DNA of 64,000 nt from the NCBI GenBank assembly GCA_963920595.1, contig OY986946.1, positions 1,302,001-1,366,000 of the forward strand. The letters are read 5' to 3'. Below, in pieces: positions 40,150 to 49,999 of this stretch (its first letter is position 1; the number at the start of each line of letters is the position of its first letter). The notes under the pieces were generated by a model. That model saw only the letters and a program-made list of their open reading frames with translations. It did not search any database and had not been told where the DNA came from. The position numbers and the translations under genes are program-made. This DNA is from Eimeria praecox. Lineage: Eukaryota.

Positions 40150-42095
40150 AGTACCCCTAGGCATGCGCTTGTAGCACCTGCGGTGATTGGGCAGACCAGC
40201 AGCAAGCGGCCCTGATGGCTTTCCTTTTTACAGCGCTCGTCAAGGGTGTCGACTCGAGTTCCTACGAACAAGGGGAAATGCGTTGCAACTGCTAAATGCT
40301 AAAGAATGCAGCCAAAGCACATTTATTTTGTGCTTTGGCTGCATTATTTAGCATTTAGCAGTTGCAAAGCATTTCCCCCTGAACGCAGCCACAAAGAGGC
40401 GTGTACCCTGTGTGCTATTTCGGAATTTTTCTGGCGAGATTTTTCAGTCTGGTTGAGATGCCTCCACACCATTAATGTTGGTCCTCTAAAAGGTCTCGGG
40501 GAATTGCCATAATATCCCTCGACTATCCCCACAATATGGCAGCAAGGTCAATCCAGGAAGGAGCAACTACCAAACGCAATGATCCTCGGCAAGTATGCAC
40601 CGATGCAGAGGGGTCAGACGAAACCACACTATTACGTTAATTGGCAAGATATTAACAATCGCATTATGACCAATTTCTGGAGTGCGCTAGCATTTTATGT
40701 CCATATTTCCCCCGAATATTTTTCCCTGTCTAGCGTCATTGACTTATAGGAGCAGAGGCTCTGCCACCAAATAAACAGGCAGGATGCACCTCCTCGCAGT
40801 AGCTCTAGACATCAAGTCCCCATGGCAGCGTGTGTCAATTAACTGTAACTGCTCCTGGCCACCTGCTTGGATAAACACAGATTTGGGAGGTGGTTCTACA
40901 TGTTCGAGTGTCACCGCTTTTTCCTTCATTACTACCTGCCGAGCTGAGTGCAGGCCAGGGCGCTTCCCGAATCGCTTGGTTTGTTTCCCTGGTCGCACCA
41001 ATCGACGTCGTGCTCCTCTAGTTTCTCAGGTTTCTGCATGCGGCTACAAACTCTAGCTATGTGAGCTTTTTTGCTGCAAACAGAGCAGGTGCTTCACTCG
41101 GTAGGCCAGCCCAGGTTTCTAAGACCCGGAATTACTGCATTGCTCTGTTTTCGCTTTTAATCCTTTTCTGGGCCGGTTGGGCATTGGCAGCTCCAATTTT
41201 CATGCGCTCTGTACATGAAACGCTTCCAAGCACTCTTCCTCCGTAGTGAGCCTTCTTAGCTTTGGCAGTTCAAGTTGCTGCTGTTACTGCACTGGTCATC
41301 CTTTCATCCCTTGGTGCCCTGTCGGCGGCCCAGCCAGTTAATGGCAGCCTCTCTCCAGTGGATAGCCACACTATGAGCCATTCATAAAAAGACTCCGACT
41401 CCACCGTTTGACTTCATTTAACCAAGGATTTATGCTCTTCGAAGTAGCGCTCTATCCATAGCGGCTCTTGCTTATGTTTTCTCATCCCTGGTGTAGGCTG
41501 TTCACCTGAGAATAATTCTACATCGTAACGCGTGCAGAAAATCTTCCATGCTCCAGATGTGCTCCCGAAAGGTGGTTTTCTCGCTTTGGCATTGTCACAA
41601 CGGTCGTGCTTCTTCTAGAAAGGGGATGACAGTCAAGAGTCCTCGATCTTAGCCGAGGACCGCCACGAGCTGCTATAAGGTCAAAGACTTCGAGAAAGAG
41701 CTCCCAAAAAGGAGCTGCCCCCCCACAGCCTCAAGGCAGCCTGGGTACAGCGGCCCATACAGCGGCCCACCACTAAGGGGCTAGTGTTTCATGGAAGGCA
41801 TACGGGGGGTTGCCACGCACCTTGATGCAGCTAGTGCTGCAAGGCAAGCCCTTATGCGCGCAACCAATGCCCCTTTGCTGCAAGCGCTAGAATGGTAGAC
41901 TGTAGTGTAGACTGTCTGTACACACTTACAAGGCCTTCCCTAGCGAGCTTGCGAGCAAGTACGAATACGAGTACCAACATCATGAAGACCACGCTACAAT
42001 GCCAATAGCAGATGTAGCTCTCTACGTGCATTTTGAGGACGAAGGCACAACTACATAGACGAAAGGAACTCCCCCGGCACCGCAACCCCGCCCTA
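40150..42095 (-). mobile_element. Degenerate LTR-retrotransposon (Ty3/Gypsy-like) gag-pro remnant
   Basis: In minus-strand order: gag-like MRKHKQEPLWIERYFEEHKSLVK (41485-41417), zinc knuckle CSVCSKKAHIARVC (41087-41046), slippery GGGAAAC (40989-40983), protease-like QLIDTRCHGDLMSRATARRCILPV (~40845-40774), and weak LAAGLPNHR (~40206-40180) in the protease frame. Several stops and frameshifts; no YxDD or integrase motif recognised. Confidence 0.75.
40272..40378. repeat. Near-perfect inverted repeat / hairpin, 50-bp stem, 7-nt loop
   Basis: 40272-40321 is the reverse complement of 40329-40378 with 2 mismatches; the loop is TTTATTT. Confidence 0.95.
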
Positions 42096-42808
42096 CCTGC
42101 ATGGTCGGCAAAGGCGAGCGCAGTCATTATTGCACGCTCTGCTGTGTGGGGATGCGATACTGCATTCATTCCAGTGCAATGGTCCACTTAACCGTTCGCC
42201 CCATCCTGACCGGTGGGCAGATCGTGGTCAATCTTCATTACCCTAGAGGAGAAAAGGCCTCAATTTTTGGAAGATTCTGGTGTGACAATCCAAGCGTCCT
42301 CTGTCGCACATATCCTTCACAACTAATCAGTCCGTTGCACCAGTTAGCCTAACTGTGCCCGCTGTGTTAGGGCGTTTCGGTGCTCACTCTGATTGGATGG
42401 AGCATGCGGCGCTAGCAAGTGTAACAAGCACCCTCGAGCTTTACAGGAGGCCGTCATTGTCGCAAGGTCGACGGGATGAATTTGTTTCTCCACTCATTCA
42501 CGTGCAGCGTGCGCAGGGACAGGTAAGCGGTTAAAGGCAGCCTATGCTGTAGTCTACAATGTTAGCACATGTAGCAAAGAGGGAGTTGGCTGTGAATGAA
42601 TGTGCGGCTGCTTTGTAGCATAAACTGTAGCAAGGTACCCTGCAACTCGTGACATGCCCGCCGTGCCCCCACCAGCCCCTTGCCCTTGGGCCGTTGTGCT
42701 TAAGACGCCTTGCCTTGAGGCTGGAGGGCAGTTCAGGAGCCTTTTTGCGAACTCTTTAATCAAGTCTTTGACTCTACTACAGGCGTCCACCTAAAGTAAG
42801 ATCGAAGA
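41640..42808. repeat. Diverged inverted repeat pair (core 41640-41929 vs 42523-42808; weaker extension to 42095 / 42368)
   Basis: Colinear shared blocks: TGCCTTGAGGCTG (42711-42723 vs rc 41726-41738), AAGTCTTTGAC (42762-42772 vs rc 41680-41690), TAAGATCGA (42797-42805 vs rc 41643-41651), GTAAG...AGTCTAC (42523-42557 vs rc 41895-41929). All are symmetric about ~42225. Confidence 0.85.
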
Positions 42809-44100
42809 ACCTCGTTGCAATCTTGTGCTGCAATCGACTCAAACGAATTAACACAAGCTCTTCCAAGAGCACTCGGCCTCACCTTCCCCCCCCCAGATGT
42901 CGCGGGTGCAGCGGCTTACAGGCATGGGACACGTGGAGGAGGAACCAGCACGCCCTTCGCTGCAGCCCTTGCAACTCCCCACACCCCGCCCCCGCCCCAT
43001 GAGGATGCAAGCATACAACCCGGCTGCAAGCGTACCGAAAGACATTCTTGCTGCATCCACTAACGCTGTAGGTAGTAGGTAAATACTAACTTTACCCTCA
43101 ACAGCTAGCCTGCAGGCAACTTTAAATACTGTACCGGCTTGGGGAAGGCAGGCCATGCCAAACCTGCCGCCTGGTTCTATAGGACGCAACAGTTTCAGAT
43201 GAAAAGCCTAGAGTGAGCCCTTTGCGAAGCGGTTTTAGCCTCTTATATTTGCCCGTACAGCATTCTCATCATGTAAAGTCGAGCATTCTGAAAGTGTGGG
43301 CAAATCCTACAGTCGCGCCGGGACAACACACGACTTGAAAACGTGGGTCTGCCAATTTCCACCGGCAGGTGTTGAAATTATTCGTATCTAATAGCTGCTG
43401 TAAATGCTTTTACAATTCTTAAAAAGGCAGCAAAAGCATTTTTACTCGTTGTGCACTTGAGCGTTAGCGCAGTATCGAGGGGGCTGCAAGGGGGCTGCTC
43501 TGTTTGAGCGCATGCATTGCAGTATAACCTATGATGACAATGTTCGGCTTTCTGGGAAAGCATGGTACCGTCTACGCGAAATGTGATTCTTTTATCGGCA
43601 GGACATTTGTAGGGTCGTCAGCCGCTTACAACTGCTTCCGTGGCGTACTACACAAGCCAATATCTTTTGGCATGCCCTCTGAGCATGCCCAGCAGCAGCT
43701 CTAGAGCCCCATCTAGCCTGAGGGATTTGAAGGGCTTTCTCTTGAGAAGCGGTGTGGTTCACTCTTATCGAGGCATTAAGGTCTTTGTTGAGAAGCATAC
43801 TGCCTCTCGGACGAAGCGAGCATCAGTGTTGGTGACCGCCAGTAAGTCTGGAGCAGCTCAGTCTCATCTCCGTGGGTGCGCTTGCGGATACTTGGCTGCT
43901 TGAGGGTGCCACATGTGTTACATCTAGCTCCAAACAAATGGAGCAACGTTCACTGCAGTCCAGTTGCGTCCGCTTGCTGATTTTAATTTGAAGCTAACCT
44001 GCATTTCCACGGACGGTTTGACGTTCGTACCTGCGCATGAATTCTTTTTGACTACTACGTATTCTGGAGGGCGGGCTCGCTTCTTGACGCATTCGTGAAA

Positions 44101-47100
44101 ATGTCGCGGTCGCTGCTTCCGGGTGCGCGGAAGTTCGTTCCCACAGGAGCGAATGATACTCCACTCCCAAATTATGTCCCCGGGCTTGGCCGTGGCGCTA
44201 CTGCCTTCTCTACAAGGGCAGAGACGGCTCCGGCCCCCACTGTGCCCAATGCAAAGCTGAGGGAAATGAGGGACGCGGCAGCTCGCGCAGAGAGCCAGAG
44301 GCGAGCGAATGAGTAAGTGCTGTTCTTTCGTTGGGGGCATTTTCTCCCTGCAGTTAATCATTCCACTCTGCTCGGATAATGATAGGGACTGCAGTTGACT
44401 TGCCGTGGATTTAACATTGTAGAAGTGCTTTTTCCTACAATTTGACCTGTGCCACTTTGTGCTGTGCAGGCTCTTTGGGAAACCGCCGCCTGGCTATATT
44501 CCAGGCAGGGGGCGCGGTGCGACAGGGTTTGCTGGGGGTGTTAGCCGTGACGACTCCATCGACTACACCCAGGGAGCGGCAGATAAAAGCGATTTGAGCG
44601 ACGCGAATTTTGACCCTTTCACAGGCTATGCCGAGAACTTGTTTAATGATGCAGAGTGAGATGTGCTTGCATCACTTCGGTTTAGTTGCATTTGCTTAGC
44701 AGCAGCCGCATTCTCTGTACACTCATTTGAAGGCATTCTGCAGTGGTAATCCCATTTCCAAAGTGGCACCAGGCTCTGTGCAACTCACCGCGAACAGCCA
44801 ACTGCCTACGTGGCATCCGAAGAGCTTATGGGAAGTGCTGCTTCTGCAGGTATGATGAGGAGGACAAAATGGCTGATGAAGTGTATGAATCAATAGACCA
44901 ACGGATGGATGGGCGCCGCCGGTCCCGTCGAGAGGCTAGACTTAAGGAAGAAATTGCAAAGCTGCGAGCCGAGAAGCCAACAATACACCAGCAGTTTGCG
45001 GACCTCAAAAAGGGACTAACTAGTGTCACGCAAGGTTGGTTCATTAACCTGAATGCTGTATCGAAAAGCACGAAGATTCAGGAACAGTAGCCCTTAGCAC
45101 CTTGTTCAGGGGGTCCCATTGCTGGCCTGTGCCTTAACACAAATTTCGCAAAAGGGGAGATGGCGTGGTCGGCGTACTGCTTTGGCGCTGCAGAGGAATG
45201 GGAGTCTATTCCGGACATTGGCGACTATACGTTGAAACGGAAGCAGAAGAAGCAGCAGCTGCTAACTCCTGCATCGGATAGAGGGATATTAGAAGCTCGC
45301 AATCGCGAGTCGTTCTCTAACTCGATCTCATCTGGATCCGCCACCCCCATCGGATTTGGGATGGCAACACCCCTGATGGCTGGGGGCCTGTCTACGCCTC
45401 TTGGCCTGCAGACTCCTCTTGGCATTCAGACCCCTCTGGGTCTGCGCACCCCGATGGGAAGCAGCACTCCGTCTCTGAACGACCTCGGCGAAGCCCGCGG
45501 TACGGTGCTTTCTGTTAAACTCGACAAAGTGATGGATAGCATTTCGGGCCAGACTGTTATCGATCCCAAGGGATATCTTACAGACCTCAACTCTATGCAG
45601 GTGCGATTTTCCTGAAAGCGCTGTTGTTTCAGTTGCTGCAGAAAGGCACATAATAACCCACCCGTACATGCGAAGGTTTTGAAATGGTCAGTCGCCTCCT
45701 TCCGACCCGATGCTCTGCCTGCGCTCAGCTGCAAAGTGACGCAGATATTGCGGACATAAAGAAAGCAAGGACACTGTTGAAATCGGTGATCTCTACAAAC
45801 CCCAATCATGCGCCGGGCTGGATTGCAGCAGCGCGTTTAGAGGAGCTTGCAGGTGCAGCTTGGCTAGTTGCTTGTTGGCTTCGCACAGCTCAGTTGTTTC
45901 CTCCTGTGGTTTGTGCCCACATCGTCGCTATACTTGCGAGACGTTCGGATGTGTTGCCTTTTTTGGATCAGGGAAGCTGCAGAGTGCTCGCGAGTTGATA
46001 TCGCTAGGGTGCCAGCGGTGCCCGAAAAGCGAAGACGTTTGGCTTGAGGCTGCCCGGCTCGAAAAGCCGCGCAACGCCAAGGCAGTTCTTGCAAAGGCAG
46101 TATCTGTGCTGCCACACTCGGTAGGCGTCAACAACCAGTCTTGCGGTCCCGGTTGGATAGGCTGTACACCCCTTCATATCTCACGCCGCCCTTTGCAGGC
46201 TGCTGGTGCTCGGATGGCGTCTCTAGCTTGTTTCATTTTGATTTATGCATGATTTACGTGGGGGGGTTGCCAATGGTTCGACATCTTGCGTTTATTTTGT
46301 ATCGGTACAGGTTCGCTTGTGGCTGGATGCCTATGCAAGGGAAAAGGACCTGAACGATAGGCGTTTAGTGCTACGCAAGGCGCTGGAATTCATCCCAAAT
46401 TCTGTCAGGCTTTGGAAAGAAGCATGCAGCTTAGAAGATGAGCGGAACGCCCGGATTCTGCTGACTCGGGCTGTCGAATGCGTCCCACAGTCTCATGAGA
46501 TGTGGTTGGCTTTGGCTAGACTCAGCACGTACGAAGAAGCCCAGAAGGTCTTAAATGAAGCGCGCAAAAAGTGTCCGACTTCCCCCGAAATATGGGTGGC
46601 TGCGTGCAAGTTGGAGGAAACTCAAGGGAACGAAAAGATGGTTCACGTCATTATTGGGAGAGCAGTGGAAAACTTAATTGGCCGTGGAGTTGCTCAAACT
46701 AGAGACGTCTGGCTGAAGCTGGCAGAAGAAGCTGAGGCCTCTGGGTTTCTGACGACCGCTCAGGCAATTGTCAAGGCAACCATGAAGGTTGGAGTCGAGG
46801 GCATCAATGCAAAGCGCGTTTGGAGCGAGGATGCTGAGGAGTGCCTTAGCCGGGGCTCCATAACTGTGGCAAGGGCTTTGTACACCCATGCTCTCGAGCG
46901 GCTTAAAACGAAGAAGAGTTTATGGTTGGCGCTTGCTGACCTTGAGACTAAGCATGGCACACGAGAGGCTTTAGAGAAAGTGCTTCAGAAAGCTGTCACG
47001 TGTTGCCCGAAGGCAGATGTCTTGTGGCTTATGGCAGCAAAACAGCAGTGGCTCAAGGGAGATATCAACGCTGCACGCCGCATTTTGGCCGAGGCATTTT

Positions 47101-49438
47101 CTCACAACGAGAACAGCGAGGCGATTTCCCTTGCTGCTGTCAAGCTGGAGAGGGAGAACAATGAGTTTGCACGTGCCAGGAAGCTCCTTAAACGTACCCG
47201 ACAAAACATAAACACAGCCAACGTGTGGATGCAATCAATTCAGCTCGAGCGTCAACTGGGTGACTATGACGCTGCAATTGCCTTGGCGGATGAAGCAGTC
47301 AAGCAGCACCAGACCTTTGCTAAGCTGTGGATGGTTCGAGGGCAACTGCACGAGGAGCACCCAACAAATAGGAACCTTGCGAAAGCCATTGACGTATTTC
47401 GTGAAGGTACTGTGTGCTGCCCGCGTAGCGTTCCGCTGTGGCTGTGCTGGGTTAATTGCGAGAGGAGCCAGAAGAACTGGAACCGGGCAAGGGCAGTGTT
47501 GGAAAAGGCTAAATTACGCGTCCCAAACAGTCCAGAGCTCTGGCTGGCGCTTGTGCAAGTAGAGATTGAGTCAGGAAATCGAGAAGTTGCACAACACGTT
47601 GCGTCGAAAGCTATTCAGGCGTGTCCTAATGCTGGCATCATCTGGGCGGAGGCAATTTTCCTTGAAGACGAAAATGCTCAAGTAGGGGGAGTGCGAATGC
47701 AAGTTTGCTCAGCTTCGTATCCTTTCCGCTTTGATGTAGCTTTTGGATTCATTTGATAGCTAGTAATAATTTGTAATGGAGTTATTCTGCTGGGAGCAGC
47801 TGGCATACACCGTGTCTTGAAACACTTGCGACATTTGCGGCAATTCAGGGAGTTTCATATGTGCCCGGAAGCGACTGGCTGCGTGCAGATGTGTGAATAC
47901 CTGCCTCCTTGCTCGAACATCTGTGCATGCTTCAGACCCATAGGGCAGTGGATGCTCTCACCAAGTGCGAGAATGACGCGAATGTTATCCACGCAGTTGC
48001 CCGTTTGTTTTGGAAGGATCAGAAGATTGCAAAGGCCCGCAAGTGGATGAATCGCAGTGTCACTCTCGACCCTTCGTTGGGTGACGCATGGGCCTCGTTC
48101 TTAGCTTTCGAGATTGAGCACGGTGGCGAAAAGGAATGCATTGATATCATTAATAGATGCGCTCTCGCGCAGCCAAACAGAGGTCTGGCCATTGATCCCC
48201 TGTACTCCAGCATAGGCAGCAAGCACCTTTACTTCACAACCTCACGCGCCAAGTTTGATGCGCAATTGCACAATGTGTATGCATTTGCTAGCTGCATAAG
48301 TAGCTCAATCACAGTGGCTGGAAGGAGGAGGGCGCGTGCACTGAGAAGTAGCGTAGCGTATTAAAATGCTTTCCCTAGGCCGCTGAGCAAGACGGTTGGG
48401 AAGATGCAAACACGCATGGAACGATACAGCTGGGGTAGGAGCCTCTTGACGATAACGCGCTCTGTTTAGTCTGTGACACTTGAATTAATGCGCAGGCCTT
48501 GCGTGGAACAAGACCACTAAACAAGTTAGGTGCTGGTCGTTTTCACCAGCTCAGGTAACCTGCATATTCTGAAAGCTAGCACTGGTTGGCACTGGCAACA
48601 GATGATCTTCGAGCATCTCCATAGCTAGCTATAAAAGAAAGAAGTCCCGGTTTTGGCCGTTGGTCGTCGGCATCTAACCAAGAATAATAGGCCAGCCGAG
48701 CATTGGTTCCATTCTATTAGTCTGTCAGAGTACTTTCAAAAGATCTGTGCGCTTGCTTTCAGAAACTAAATGCCGTGCTGGAGTACATGTATCCAAACGC
48801 TTTGAAGAAGGAGGGCATATCCCAAGGTGCGTGACAGTCAAGAAGCGCGTAAGCGAGTTGAGTTGTGTCAAGGGCGACTCCACTTATAGCTCAATTGTGC
48901 CGTTAAGGCACGGTCCGTTCGCGTCGTCTGCTGGCGCTGCTTCCCGCTGGGGTTCGGCTTTGTTTCTTTGTTGTCGAAATACAACTGATTTCACCCCTTG
49001 GACGTCCGTCTGCATGTTACGCTGCAGTGGTGATGGATGCATTGCATGGGAAGCTAGGAAGCGAACAGCAAACACCGGCAAGTGCAGAAACTTCCCCGGC
49101 ATCAGTGTCGACCACTGTGGTATCTGGGTCAAATCCGACCAGCGGGCAGCATGGAAGGAGCAACAGCAGTGAAGATCAGCAACGAGGTGACCCCACAGTA
49201 CTAGATGAAACGAGCAAGGTGCGTCATTTTCTGTCTGCTGCTTGTAATGAGCAGGTTGTACGAGTACGCCTTGTCCATGAACTGTGGTGCCCTGCTTCGC
49301 TAGCGCGGACCAAAAATTTTCATGGCATCTCTGGTGTGGTCATGGAATATTTGTGCGCAGCCAAAGCCAGATTTACCCCCACCAAAACTGCAGCGCGGAG
49401 CTAATGCTGATGATGTAGGGGCTGCCAAGGGTCAATAG
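44101..49438 (+). CDS. PRP6: Pre-mRNA splicing factor PRP6 (U5 snRNP 102-kDa HAT-repeat protein), 12 exons
   Basis: Motifs [80 protein letters not shown] repeats and DPSLGDAWA. Exons: 44101-44312, 44470-44655, 44850-45034, 45194-45600, 45729-45852, 45972-46120, 46311-47681, 47936-48182, 48496-48554, 48763-48826, 49028-49218, 49361-49438. All junctions are GT-AG and in phase; the last three exons are less certain. Confidence 0.95.
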
Positions 49439-49999
49439 GGGTGCTGAGGGGGCAGCAGCCGGGGCATGTGCAGGGTAGGTGGAGGGGAAGTTTATTTTGC
49501 AGTCTCTTGCACAACAGACTCTGCGGCTTCCGTAAGGGACGGGGGAATTGCGATGTAACGGAAGGATGTGCTCCACCTGTCTCCTTCGCCTCTCTGTTTC
49601 TGAACTGTTTTAATTAACTTGGCAGTTTACAAATGGCAATGCGCAGGACCATTAATGGTGATGTTCCCGAATTTATAGCTCTTTGAGCCCCGCAGTTTGC
49701 AGTCCGCGTCGGCGGCCGTGCCTACTCTATCACTGCGTGCTTTGCATAGGGAACCCCCTTTGCTGCTGTGTATGCAGCCCCTCCAACGATTTTTACGAGG
49801 ATGCATGCCAATTGCTTTGCTACCCCCACTGTGTGAACGGGCACTCAGCAACAAGCCAGATAGGTGAAAAAGAAAACGCCACTAGCGCATGAAAGCTGTG
49901 TACAGCAGCATATGTCTGAAGAAAGTGCAGACGTGGTAGTGCTGCCGGTATATTTAAACCTTTAGTGGTCACACTGCACTATCAGATGAGCAATGCTAT

